Positions 42,218 to 55,734 of a stretch of DNA of 64,000 bases are shown piece by piece. The stretch is from Octopus vulgaris. Its lineage: Eukaryota. Under the pieces are notes generated by a model. The model worked only from the letters and a program-made list of their open reading frames with translations. It made no database searches and was not told where the DNA came from. How positions within the stretch are numbered: the stretch's first letter is position 1; each line of letters begins with the position of its first letter. Where the stretch lies: contig OX597825.1 of NCBI GenBank assembly GCA_951406725.2, positions 81,716,001-81,780,000 on the forward strand, in the 5' to 3' direction. A program made the translations under genes and the position numbers.

Positions 42218-42897
42218 GCATGACAAACAACAGGGATAATAACGGCAATGATGATGATGATGACGATGGTGGGTGGGGTAGTGGTGGTGGTGGTGGTGGT
42301 GGTGGTGGTGGTGGTGGTGGTGGTGGTGATGGTGGTGGTGGTGGTGGTAGTGGTGGTGGTGGTGGTGGTGGTGGTGGTGGTGGCGGTGAAGAACGAGCGA
42401 ATTATCCTCATCATCATCATCATCATCATCATCATAAAATGATGGAAATTATTATTACCTTGATGATGATGGTGATGTTAACGCGAAAGGTGATGACGAT
42501 GATGACAATAATGGTGGTGGTGGTAGTGGTGGTGGTGGTGGTGGTGGTGGCAGCGGTGGTGGAGGCGGCGGTGGAGGCGGCGGTGTTGGCTGTGGTGTTA
42601 GTACAATTTATTTAACAAGCCATTAATAATTTAAAAATCATTTAATCATTTCTGCTTGATTGAAGTCTACTGGAAAGAAAAGAAAAGAGACAGAGAGGCG
42701 GAGGAAGGGAAAGGAGAAGGGGAGAGAGAGAGAGAGGGGGGAGAGGGAGAGAGAGATGGGGAACAAGCTGTGCCTCTTCCCACAAGCATGTCCCTCCCAC
42801 TTTTCAACCTCACACCTTGTGACACCTGTAGCTCCCTCTCTTCATCACAGTGCGAGCGTGCACGACAGTGTGTGTGCCTCTGTGTGCGTTGTACATC

Positions 42898-42946
<49 letters not shown>

Positions 42947-43251
42947 GTGCGTATATATATATATATATATATAAATACATCTATACATATATATACACAT
43001 GTATATATATATATATACATACATATATATATACACACATATATATGGTTCATGTATGCTTATATACATATATGTGTGTATGTATGTATATATATACATA
43101 TATAAATATATGAAAGTAAATATATACGTATATATATATATATGTATACATGCATACATACATATATACATACATACATACATACATATGTATACATGTT
43201 ACATGTTTCATGGATGTTTATATACATTTGTGTGTATACGTGCGTGTGATG

Positions 43252-43294
<43 letters not shown>

Positions 43295-43567
43295 TTCATG
43301 TATATTTATATGCACATTTGTGTGTTTGTGTGTGTGTGTTCGTTTAAGGTGATGCTCATTGCACGTAGGTGAGCATGTTTGTTTAAATATAAACATACAT
43401 GTATCTATCTATTTTAAATGGTTGTGCGTGTGCGCTCTCGTTCCTGGCCATGTTGCTAAGAACTTTGTTTTACAAGCAAAAGGGCCCGGTTTCAATCCCG
43501 CTGAGTGACTTCTCGAGCGGTAATTTTAAATTTTTTCCTCCCCACTTATATGTTTTTTTACAGTGCG

Positions 43568-43816
43568 TGAAGGTGCGTGGTTAAGTGATTAGAGCAGACT
43601 CTCTTTTACTCTTTTACTTGTTTCAGTCATTTGACTGCGGCCATGCTGGAGCATCGCCTTTAGTCGAGCAACTAGACCCAAGGACTTATTCTTTGTAAGC
43701 CGAGTACTTATTCTATCGGTCCCTTTTTGCCGAACCGCTAAGTGACGGGGACATAAACACGCCAGCATCGGTTGTCAAGCAATGCTAGGGGGACAAACAC
43801 AGACACACAAACACAT

Positions 43817-43883
<67 letters not shown>

Positions 43884-44330
43884 CGGGCTTCTTTCAGTTT
43901 CCGTCTACCAAATCCACTCACAAGGCATTGGTCGGCCCGGGGCTATAGTAGAAGACACTTGCCCAAGGTGCCACGCAGTAGGACTGAACCCTGAATCATG
44001 TGGTTGGTTAGCAAGCTACTTACCACACAGCCACTCCTGCTTTCGATCGTAATGTCGTGTGTTCAATACCCGGCGACATGTTATGTCTTTGGGCAACATC
44101 TTTCATTCCACGTTGCTCCAGTCCACTCAACTGGCAAAAGTGAGTTGTACCTGTAATTAAAGAAGGGACCAGCCTTGTTCCATTTCGTGTTACGTTGAAT
44201 TTCCCTGAGAACTACGTAAAGCGTACGCATGACTGCGGAGTGCTCAGCCACTTGCTTGTTAATTTCACGAGCAGGCTGTTCTGCCGATCGGATCGACTTG
44301 AATGCTCGTCGTCGCAACCGACGGAGTGCC
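43568..44330 (+). mobile_element. SINE family D interrupted by a family A SINE
   Basis: Head GTGAAGGTGCGTGG at 43568 resumes at ~44041; 3' half matches the family C tail. Confidence 0.65.
43600..44040 (-). mobile_element. SINE family A, full length (nested)
   Basis: Close match to 27340-27749. Confidence 0.9.
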
Positions 44331-44578
44331 GGAGAGTGTTTTTACCATGGCCTTCGGCAAACCTAAGCCCTTCTAAGAAAAAACAGGGAAACGGAAAGTG
44401 TGCAGAAATCCGCTGAATAGTTTTTATTATTATTATTATTCTTTCGTTCTTTGAATTCTCTCTGTCATTTGACTGCGACCATACTGGAGCACCGCCTTGG
44501 AGAGTTTCAGTAGGAAAAATCGACCTCAGGACTTTTTAAAGCCTAGAACTTATTCTATCGGTCTCTTTAGGATGATGG

Positions 44579-44640
<62 letters not shown>

Positions 44641-44747
44641 CCAAGGTGGCAGTCTTTCTGTACTTGTGTATATTTTGCCATTAAATCTGTTATCATTTCT
44701 TTTTTTAAAAATCCACTGGTTACATGTTAGGGTCTTCGACTGCTCGA

Positions 44748-45056
44748 AGTATTAATGTAACCCATAATTTCTTTGTAGATGACCTGAAGATCTATGCTAA
44801 AAATGTTTACGGTGCCAACAGACAGCTGGAATTAATAACATCATCAGCTGACATAGGAGTGGAATTTGGCCAAAAGATGTGTTCTTATTTGATTGATGAT
44901 CATAGAAAAGTCAGTTCCCTGTGTGTTCGGGGTCTCACCATCCCCTGTTCCATACAAACAATGCTACAAATAACCAGGCATCGATGAAAACATAATCCTA
45001 CGAAAGTGTTGTGAATAAAGACAGAGTGACTTGAGAATATTACATAAGATTATTAA
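44748..45056 (+). pseudogene. Reverse transcriptase fragment of R4/Dong-like LINE
   Basis: VTHNFFVDDLKIYAK..QLELI..SADIGVEFGQKMC (catalytic DD motif). Confidence 0.8.
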
Positions 45057-45267
45057 AACATTAGCTGACCCCGTGCTGTCAAAAATGGCAGCTAATTGTG
45101 GTGTTTTATATATGAATAAGGTACAAAATAAGGTACATAATCACAGATACAAACGTTCACATACTTCCCTTGTACACGCACACACATACACACATATACT
45201 CACACAGAGTTGAAATGCTGTTTGATTTTTCTTTTCAGCGTTGAATGTTCACCATCCCACTTCCATT

Positions 45268-45304
<37 letters not shown>

Positions 45305-45319
45305 TTCACAAACCTCTCT

Positions 45320-45351
<32 letters not shown>

Positions 45352-45382
45352 CATACATACATACATACATGCATACATACAT

Positions 45383-45725
45383 TTGACTACCTCCTGCACC
45401 TATACCTTAGCACCATCATGGCATCTGATATGGCTTCTTAAACTAGACAATGCTCTGAAAAGACACCTACATAGATTGCACCTCCGATTTGGACCACGAA
45501 GAGCTGCAGATAAGCTCTGCTCTTTCTGGGTCTTAAAATGTCTTTTGAGGCCTCCGTTGGATTTGCAAACCTTTTGGCATATACTGCATTCAAAGGTGTG
45601 CACATACATCGTCAGAATAGTTGGTTGAGGTTCATTTTCCATGTGTTCGCAGATGAGATTTGAGGCCAGCCAAAGACAGGTATGGTCTGCCACAGATTGT
45701 GCACACAAAAAGGTCATTGTCATTC
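45383..45725 (-). pseudogene. RTE-type LINE 3' end with three C2H2-type fingers
   Basis: VCTICGRPYLSLAGLKSHLRTH / ECSICQKVCKSNGGLKRHFKT / CNLCRCLFRALSSLRSHIRCH; frameshifted; (TATG)n on both sides. Confidence 0.72.
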
Positions 45726-46735
45726 ACATACATACATACATACATACACACATACATACACACACATACATGCATACATACACACACATACATACATACA
45801 TACATACATACATACATACATACATACATACATACATACATACACACATACATAAAAACATACATACATACATACATACATACATACATACACACATACA
45901 TACATACAGACAGACAGACAGACATATACTCATGCAGAGGGGAAACGCAGTTTGATTTTATTTTTTTCTCCTTAGGACTTCCATCATTCCATTACCAAGT
46001 TTTCCGTCACCCCTCCCTTTCTCATTCATCTACCACCCCCTTCCCTTCTCATTCATATGTTGTGACGGAGGAAAACACAAGAGTATTATTATAGTCGATG
46101 GAAGCCATGACGCTCTGTTGCAAGACAAGATCCCACAATGCATTCGCAGCACCGATGCCGATACCAACATTTGAGATACTTGACTGGTCTGTAGAGAAGA
46201 TTTACTCCTTAGGAATTTAGCTGGGATTTCTAACACATGGTTGACAACTTAGATCGTCCTTCATTGACTAATTGTCTTGTGTTTGTTGATGTTATTGTTG
46301 TTGCTGTTTATATTAACCTTAAGCCTTTTTCTAATCCAGCAGACCCATGCTCAAAGGCAATCCAGCCGTGACCTTTGTATTATTTATTCAAACTTATCCA
46401 GCGTGTCCTTCGTATTTTAAGTCTACATGGTGTAATGTAAGCGAAATTTGACTACTATTTCTAGTACGTCGTTAGACCACAGAGACGTTTCTTGTTATTG
46501 TTGTTGTTGTTGTTGTTTTTGTTGTTGTTGCTGCTTTCTTTCTCTTCGACTTCCTCAGTTATACTGGGATTTCGTTTTTGGTGTTTTTGTTGGTGATGCT
46601 CCAGCTTGGCCTCAGCCTCAGCTTGGAAGCAATACAACAAAAGGTATATATTTTTGTGGTGGTTCGGTGTGTATATATATGTGTATATATGTATATATAT
46701 ATGCATATATATATGCGTGTGTATATATATATATA

Positions 46736-46858
<123 letters not shown>

Positions 46859-47008
46859 CAGCAAGACAATTAAGATTCAAATGAATTCAAATGAATTCAA
46901 ATGAATATGGTACTTAACTTAGATGCACCAGAATTCTTTATGGCATTAACCATAAAAATATGTGGGGTGATTATAACCAAGAAAAAAGTAACAAGAATGG
47001 ATCAGTAG

Positions 47009-47085
47009 TTTAGTACAATTGTTTCATACTAAGAACATTTTTATTTAAAGCTGCAAATATAATGTCAAGTATTCATCAGCTAAAT
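47009..47085 (-). ncRNA. Type I hammerhead ribozyme (mirror copy)
   Basis: Reverse complement of 47402-47491 lacking a short loop II duplication. Confidence 0.75.
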
Positions 47086-47401
47086 CCCATATATGTTTTC
47101 CAACCATCCTAGAGAGTGTAAATATCCTTATGAAGTATTCAGAGTGAGTTCTATGAATTTGAAGTAAGGTAATAAGCAGACTTTATATGTTTTCCAACAA
47201 TGCACAGTTTAAAAAAAATTTTTTTAATGATTATTAAATTCTCAAAGAAGGTAAATCCCACCATAAAGGTGTTGATATAAATTCCAGGTTCAGTTCGCAT
47301 ATAAAGTCTGCTTATTACCTTACTTCAAATTCATAGAACTCACTCTGAATACTTCATAAGGATATTTACACTCTCTAGGATGGTTGGAAAACATATATGG
47401 G

Positions 47402-47491
47402 ATTTAGCTGATGAATACTTGACATTATATTTGCTGTAATATTTGCAGCTTTAAATAAAAATGTTCTAAGTATGAAACAATTGTACTAAAT
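47402..47491 (+). ncRNA. Canonical-core type I hammerhead ribozyme (predicted cleavage after 47485)
   Basis: atttag CUGAUGA atactt...aagtat GAAAC AAUU GUA ctaaat. Confidence 0.82.
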
Positions 47492-47535
47492 TACTGATCC
47501 ATTCTTGTTACTTTTTTCTTGGTTATATGTATATG

Positions 47536-47639
<104 letters not shown>

Positions 47640-47802
47640 TATATACATACGTGTATGCACATACATCTATACGAATATATATAAGCATATGTGGGCACAG
47701 GACGACACGAAATGTGTACAACAAAAAAGTACGAAGTACCTCAAATTAAGTACCTAATTCATCTGAATCTCAATTATTTTGCTACACATACATACATACA
47801 TT

Positions 47803-47867
<65 letters not shown>

Positions 47868-47877
47868 TTATACGCAA

Positions 47878-47910
<33 letters not shown>

Positions 47911-48077
47911 AGTCTTTTATGCATATATGTATGTATGCAGATGTTAGTCTGCCTGTCTGTATGTATGTATGTATGCATAATGTATGTGTGTGAGCATTTG
48001 TGTGTGTGTGTGATTTCATATAATTTACTTTTTTGCTTCTTATTGTTCTTTTCCTTCTTCATATCTTCCACTACGAC

Positions 48078-48126
48078 TGTTGTTGTTATTATTATTATTA
48101 TTATTATTAATTATTATTACTATTAA

Positions 48127-48187
<61 letters not shown>

Positions 48188-48253
48188 GTTATTATTAGTA
48201 TTATTAATAACATTATTAGTATTATTATCAGTATTAATAATATCATCATCATT

Positions 48254-48294
<41 letters not shown>

Positions 48295-48379
48295 TATCAT
48301 CATCATCATCATTATCATCATCATCATCATTATTATTATTATTACTATTATTATTATTATTACTATTATTATTATTACA

Positions 48380-48441
<62 letters not shown>

Positions 48442-48442
48442 A

Positions 48443-48490
<48 letters not shown>
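48078..48490. repeat. (ATT/ATC)n compound microsatellite
   Basis: Direct reading. Confidence 0.95.
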
Positions 48491-48493
<3 letters not shown>

Positions 48494-49115
48494 TTTCCCG
48501 ATTGATTTGCATTTTATTTCACCTTCGACAGGGCCTCAACAAGAGACCAAAGGCAATGTTGCTGTTATCATCATCATCATCATCATCATAACTATTATTA
48601 TTATTATTATTGTTATTGTTGGTGTTGCTATTGTTATTGTTGCTGTTATTATTTCTTAATTGTTAATTGCTTTGTGTGTTTTGTTGTTTGTGTGTTCATC
48701 AGGCAAAGTGACCTCTCCGGATTAGATCGGCTCCTTGGAGAGAGGACACCTCATCAGGGGGCCTTGCATCCGGTGCAAACATATACAACCTCACCACAAT
48801 GTCAAGGGACTAAACACACTTATAGATATACATACTTATATACATGCATATACACACACACACATACACTCATACACTCATACACACGTACATATATTGA
48901 AACATGCGTACATATATATGTATAAATATACATATATATATATGTGTATTTGTATATATGTGTACATGAATACATACGAACCTGATATGTATTCATGTAC
49001 ATATATATTTATATGTATATATATATATTCATATTTATATGTATGTATATATACGTATATATACGTATATATATATATATTCACATATTTACATGTATAT
49101 GTATATACACATATT

Positions 49116-49147
<32 letters not shown>

Positions 49148-49178
49148 CATATTTATATGTATATAATACGTACTTACT

Positions 49179-49256
<78 letters not shown>

Positions 49257-50007
49257 CTATATGCATATATATATACATATGTATATATGTATATACATGT
49301 ATATATATATATATATAGATATATATGTATATATACATACATATCTATATACATATATATATGTATATACATATATGTATGTATATATATGTATATACAT
49401 ATATGTATGTATATATATGTATATACATATATGTATGTATATATATGTATATACATACATATATATGTGTGTGTGAGAGTGTATGTGTGTGTAAGTGTGT
49501 GCGTGTGTGTGTGAAATGCCAGTATTTATGCGTACACAGGTGTATATATAATAGATGTATGTTCCATTGTTTTCTTCTGTCGATATTGACTTCTTTGTGC
49601 AATGATCAACCGCAATTTAACAGTTTAAATCGGGTGGCGGTGCGACCCGGGGAGACGTGGATGGAAGCGATCATAAGAGGGCAGCGGGGAGCAGAGGTGA
49701 ACGGCGGTTCGATCAAATGTGAAAGATCAGAAGACAAGAAAGAAAGAAAGAGAGAGAGAGAAAGAGAGAAAGAAAGGGGCAGAAGGGATAGAGAAAAAGA
49801 GAAAGGGTGGAGGGTGTGTGTGTGTGGGGTGGACGAAGAGGAATAGGAAGAGGATGTGCGTCTGTGGATGTAAAAGATCGTTTCGTTTCTGTGAATTAGT
49901 AAAAGAAAAGAAGCGTGTTCAAACATATTCAAAGCCGTTTCGTTTATTTGTTTCGGTTTCTAAACACACAAAAAGAAAGGAATAAAGAAATCTATCTTAA
50001 ATCTATT

Positions 50008-50052
<45 letters not shown>

Positions 50053-50351
50053 ATGTGTGTATGTGTAGATAAATAGATTTCTTTATTGTGTTTTTTTGTA
50101 TTTATATTTATATATATATATATATATATATGTAAGTGATTGTGTGTGTGTGGGTACGGATATGCATATTGTGTATATAGGTATGTATATGTGTCTATGA
50201 AACAATTGTGTCGCATGTAATGAATAAATGCACGATACTTTGGTTACGGACCCTGCGTTCTTTTTGTTTTCTTTAATTGTGCATGCCTTTGATCACGTGA
50301 CCCCGTTTACGTACGTACTTACACGGATATGTGTTCGTGTGTGTGCGTGTT

Positions 50352-50418
<67 letters not shown>

Positions 50419-50419
50419 A

Positions 50420-50593
50420 GGCGCGAGAGTGGCTGTGTGGTAAGTAGCTTTCTTACCAACCACATGGTTCCGGGTTCAGTCACACAGCGCGGCATATTGG
50501 ACAAATGTCATCTATAGTCTCAGGCCGACCAAAACCTTGTCAGTGGATTTGGTTAACGGAGACTGTAAGGAGCCCGACGTGTGTATGTGTATA

Positions 50594-50666
<73 letters not shown>

Positions 50667-50795
50667 GACAAATTACATCAAGGAATTAATATTTAGGATT
50701 ATAGTTCTCGTTTTGTTAAATAAATAAGTCAACATTCTAATATCCGAAAGCTGATAAACCAACTAAATTGTTTGTCCATTTTCTTATTTGTATTG

Positions 50796-50865
<70 letters not shown>

Positions 50866-51069
50866 TGTGTCTGTGTTTGCCCCCACCATCGCTTGACACC
50901 CGATGTTGGTGTGTTTATATCGCCGCAATTTAGCGGTTCAGCATAAGTGACCGATAGAATAAGTACTAGGCTTATAAAGAATAATTCCTGGGGTCGATTT
51001 GTTCGACTAAAGGCAGTGCCCCAGCATGGCCGCAGTCAAATGACTGAAAAAAGTAAAAGAATATAAGAG
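50420..51069 (+). mobile_element. SINE family A with a ~135-bp insertion (50663-50797) in its internal microsatellite
   Basis: 5' half 50420-50580, 3' half 50860-51069; the insert matches 35232-35325. Confidence 0.8.
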
Positions 51070-51480
51070 TGTATATGTATATATATAACAAGATGAGAAA
51101 ATAGGCAATTAATAAATTACTATTTATTAATTAAAAACTTGACAAACATCCTTTACAGCTGTTTCAATCTCAGACCTTCAGAAAATTAAATTAAAAATTA
51201 AAATTTATTTGGAGGTCGAATCTCTGCAATATTCTTTGTATAGGTAACTAACCATTACTATCTACGATACCAGACGAACCGATGGCTCGAAATGAGACAC
51301 AGTTGAGGGCAGGGATGTCAAATTCCCTTCTGCACCAGATGTGCCATCGAAAGTCTTGATTGGACTACACCAGGTGGCGGAGAAGAGCCATGCAAGGAAC
51401 ATGCAAAGAGTACAGCATAAGGAGGGAAAGTCATGGTGGTGCTCCAGCAGGATCGCAGCCACTTGGTTGAAAGTAATAGA

Positions 51481-51525
<45 letters not shown>

Positions 51526-51531
51526 TCACAC

Positions 51532-51570
<39 letters not shown>

Positions 51571-51682
51571 TATACATGCATATATGAGTACAGGACGTCA
51601 TCAACGGTGCAATTAACCTGAAATACATTAACAATAAGAGAAAAATTTGGAAAACAGGACAAGTAAACACAGATATATATAT

Positions 51683-51866
51683 AGGGAGAGTTTACGAAAA
51701 AAACAAAAGACGAAGACAGGTGGTGTACAAAACAAATAGATGTATTAGTATAACGCTCACGAATAGAAAAAGTCTTTTACGTTTCGAGCCTACGCTCTTC
51801 TACAGAAAAGGACACAGAAAAAACAAGGAGAGAAAAAAATGTGTGTAGTGGCTAACGATCTATCAT
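51683..51866 (-). mobile_element. HHR-bearing element family H1, motif at 51774-51809
   Basis: Reverse complement of 14580-14774; (TA)n on both sides. Confidence 0.7.
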
Positions 51867-51884
51867 ATATATATATATATACTG

Positions 51885-52120
51885 TTTTATTCTTTTACTT
51901 TCAGTCATTTCACTGCGGCCATGTTGGAGCATGGCCGCAGGAGCCATGCTGGAGCCTTTAGTCAGAGAAATCAACTCCAGCACTTATTCTTTGTAAACCT
52001 AGTACTTATTCTATCGGTCACTTAGGCCGAACTGCTATGTTGCGGGGACGTAAACACACTAACATCGGTTGTCATGCGACGGTGGGAGGACAGAGACATA
52101 TACATATACATACATACATG

Positions 52121-52208
<88 letters not shown>

Positions 52209-52253
52209 TATATACATATATATATACATATATATATACATATAAATATATAT

Positions 52254-52285
<32 letters not shown>

Positions 52286-52500
52286 CATTTATATATATAT
52301 ATTATATATATATATATATTATATATATACATATATACGACGGGCTTCTTTCTGTTTCCGCCTACCAAATCTATTCACAAGGCTTTGGTCGGCCCGAGGC
52401 TATAGTAGAAGACACTTGCCCAAGTTGCAACGCAATGGAACTGAACCCGGAACCACGCGGTTAAGAAGCAAGCTTCTTACCACACAGCCACGCCTACGCC
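51885..52500 (-). mobile_element. SINE family A with expanded internal microsatellite
   Basis: Tail 51885-52095, head 52335-52500. Confidence 0.85.
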
Positions 52501-53197
52501 TCCCAAGGTGCTGGTTGACCCGAAATTGTGGCAGAAGACCCTTGCCAGAGAGGGCCTACACATTGGGACTGAACCTGGAACTATGTGGTTGAGAAGCAAG
52601 CTTCGTACCTCATAAATATGTAAGTATATATTCACTTATACATTTACTCACACACATACACACACGTGTGTTTGTGTATGTTTTGTGTGTTCGTTTGAAT
52701 GTATCGATGGATAGATCGATCGATGGCTATACGTACAATCAATATTTTACCTTTGCCAAACCAATTAAGATTTAAAAAAAACAAACATAAATGTAATATC
52801 ATAGTCAGGGCGGTGTTCAACACAAGAAGGTAGAGTCACGAAGTCCAATGCCCTGTCTGTGTTTACCTAGTCACGCCCCTTTGTGTTATAGGTTCAATTC
52901 CTGCTTAAGACCACTTAGCATTTCATCTTGCCGAGATCGATAAAAAGTGAGGATTGTCAATGTGAAGTGTGTTGGTATAATCCAGTGACGTCACCGCACC
53001 GAATGCCTGACCGTGTGCTTATTTTGAAAATCGATGTTTTATACATATGGTTAATAAACAAACATCCATAAATGCGCTCACGCAAATTAATTAATTAATT
53101 AATCCAACAATGGGAAAAATACAAAACTAACTCCAAACCGTTAACCAGAGATTAACTACTGACGGTAATAATATCCAAACAGAAGAATGATACGAAT

Positions 53198-53468
53198 GAT
53201 AATCCTTTCTATTATAAGCACAAGGCCTGAAATAGTGGGGGAGGGGGGAATGGTTGTTTGTATCGACCCCAGTGTTTCACTGGTACTTATTTTCTCGACC
53301 TCGAAAGAATAAAAGGCAAAGTTGACCTCGGCGAAATTCGAACTCAGAACCTAATGACAGACGAAATACCTATTTCTTATTTCTTTTCTACTCACAAGGG
53401 CTAAACACAGAGAGGACAAACAAGGACAGACAAACGGATTAAGTCGATTATATCGACCCCAGTGCGTA
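53198..53468 (-). mobile_element. SINE family B, composite copy
   Basis: Same AAGAAATAGGTATTTCG junction as 24180-24195. Confidence 0.82.
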
Positions 53469-53524
53469 ATAATAATAATAATAACAATAATAATAATGAT
53501 GATGATGATGATGATGATGACGAC

Positions 53525-53611
<87 letters not shown>

Positions 53612-53614
<3 letters not shown>

Positions 53615-54328
53615 ATTGAAACAATAGACCACCTAATCTCAGGGTGTAGAGTCTTAGCACCTGCAGAATATAAAGCAAGACATGACAGAGTCGGCCAGTA
53701 TTTACATTGGACAATATGTCGGCATTATAAAATCAAAACCGCTGACAAATGGTATAAACACCATCCTGAAGCTGTGACTGAGGGAGAAAATGTGTCGATT
53801 CTATGGGACTTCCCCGTGCAGACCGACAGGACTATAAAAGCTAATAAACCGGATATCATTATAAAAGATCAGACAAAAAGGATGTGTTTATTAATTGACA
53901 TGAGTATTCCCTGTGATCACAATATAGCGGTGAAAGAATTTGACAAGATTAGTAAATATAAAGACCTGATAATGGAAATTGAAAAAAAAGTGGCATCTCA
54001 AGGCGACTACAGTACCAGTGATTGTAGGATCTCTAGGAATGATAAAAAAAGGCACTGAAACCTATTTGAAAATGATTCCAGGCTTACCATCTCTACAGGA
54101 AGTGCAAAAAATCGTATTAACTGGAACGGCTCATGTACTAAGAAGAGCATTATCGCTGTGAAAACAACATCCATCCATGAATTTATTTATCTATTAATTT
54201 TTAAATACATATTTTATCTGAATTTGCACGTGTAATCTGGGAATGCATACAATGCCTTTCTCTGCCCTTGGTGTATGGAAAACACTCGGCGAGAAACGGA
54301 AGAAAATTTGAAGAAAGAAGGGAAAAAC

Positions 54329-54330
<2 letters not shown>
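53612..54330 (+). pseudogene. R4/Dong-like LINE 3' end (zinc knuckle remnant, RLE domain, 3' UTR) in (AAT)n
   Basis: ETIDHLISGC..YKARHDRV..LWDFPVQTDRTIKANKPDIII..IDMSIP..KISKYKDL, frameshift in an A-run, then WHLKATTVPVIVGSLG..VLTGTAHVLRRAL*. Confidence 0.92.
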
Positions 54331-54395
<65 letters not shown>

Positions 54396-54439
54396 TAATA
54401 ATAATTGTTGCAAATTTTGGGGAACAATTTCGGTGGAAG

Positions 54440-54600
54440 ATGGGTAAGTCGACCCTAGTTCTCAACTGGTACTTATTTCATCGACCCCGAAAGAATGAAA
54501 GGCAAAGGCGACTCCGGCGGAATTTGAACTCAGAACGTAAAGACCAGAACTGCAGTGAAGCTTTTTGCCTGGCTCGGTAGCGATTCTGCCACTCGACGCC
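54440..54600 (-). mobile_element. SINE family B
   Basis: Central domain plus head. Confidence 0.75.
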
Positions 54601-54619
54601 CAAATATAATATGATTATA

Positions 54620-55400
54620 GGTGACAAAGTAAACAGTGTAAGATCATAGAGTTTGCAATTCCCTATGATGGTCGGTCGTGGCACTCCGTCGGTTACGACG
54701 ACGAGGGTTCCAGTTGATCCGATCAACAAAATAGCCTGCTCGTGAAATTAACGTGCAAGTGGCTGAGCACTCCACAGACATGTGTACACTTAACGTACGT
54801 AGTTCTCGGGGAGATTCAGCGTGACACGGAGTGTGACAAGGCTGGCCCTTTGAAATACCGGTACAACAGAAACAGACAGAAAGAGTGAGAGAAAGTTGTC
54901 ATGAAAGAGTACAGTAGGGTTCGCAACAATATCCCCACCCCCTGTCAGAGCCTTATGGAGCTTTAGGTGCTTTCGCTCAATAAACACTCACAACGCCCAG
55001 TCTAGGAATCAAAACCGCGATCATACGACCGCGAGTCCGCTGCCCTAACCACTGGGCCATTGCGCCTCCACTCTCTATGATAGCAGAGTCAATACCAAAG
55101 AAATTGAGATAATTGGGAAATATCAGGACCTAGCCAGAGAGCAGGGGAGACTGTGGAAAACTAAGACAACACTTGTTCCTGCAGGAATTGGTTGCGCTTG
55201 GCACAACACCCAAAAGACTGGAAGATACTGGAAGTGAGTTTCGCATTATCGGCACTGCAGAAAAATACCAAACTATATCCTGCAAGAAACCTACGAAGAA
55301 TTCTTGAGATTTAAAGATACTTTTTGTTACCAAGCCTCATAATAAAATCTCAGCTAATTAAATTAGCCTGCCTTAGCTCAATAATAATAATAATAATAAT
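54620..55400 (+). pseudogene. Degenerate R4/Dong-like RLE 3' end split by a family C SINE
   Basis: CKIIEFAIPYD | SRVNTKEIEIIGKYQDLAREQGRLWK..ALGTTPK..LQKNTKLYPARNLRRILEI*. Confidence 0.75.
54670..55071 (-). mobile_element. SINE family C with 10-bp TSD
   Basis: TSD TCCCTATGAT (54660-54669) / TCTCTATGAT (55072-55081). Confidence 0.9.
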
Positions 55401-55461
55401 AATAACAACAACATCGAAAAATACCTTAGGAATGAGAACCCAAGTTCGAAATTTCCCCGAG

Positions 55462-55505
55462 ACACCTGAAGAAGGCTGGAGGGTATATCAGCCGTAACGT
55501 TGTGT
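55462..55505 (+). ncRNA. Minimal hammerhead-like motif (GAAAC mutated to GUAAC)
   Basis: acac CUGAAGA-A ggctg-gagggtatat-cagcc GUAAC GUU gtgt. Confidence 0.55.
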
Positions 55506-55734
55506 TAACAACAAACAAGATGAGGATAAATATCTGTCAAATGTTAATAATGTAAATAAAGTAAATAATGAACTATATTTCACAAATAAAACAACCAGAT
55601 CAACCTATTATTGCCCCGTTTCTCTTCAACGCCCTCCTGGATATTTCTACCCCCAGGAGGACAGTACCGCACACCCTGGGAACCACTGGTTTAATCAAAA
55701 AGAAAAGTATCTCACATCAGCCCTTTCAGTCTCG

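Larger units (their letters stand above)
46972..47526. mobile_element. PLE-type inverted repeat (arms 46972-47189 / 47298-47526)
   Basis: ~220-bp near-identical arms with a 108-bp spacer; HHR in each arm. Confidence 0.8.

Noticed and set aside
46060-46240. Possible CR1/L2 RT remnant (IIVDGSH..KIPQ)
   Set aside because: Too degenerate to support
51150-51172. Minus-strand GAAAC-AGCU-GUA half hammerhead
   Set aside because: Left core missing; likely a truncated family member but not callable
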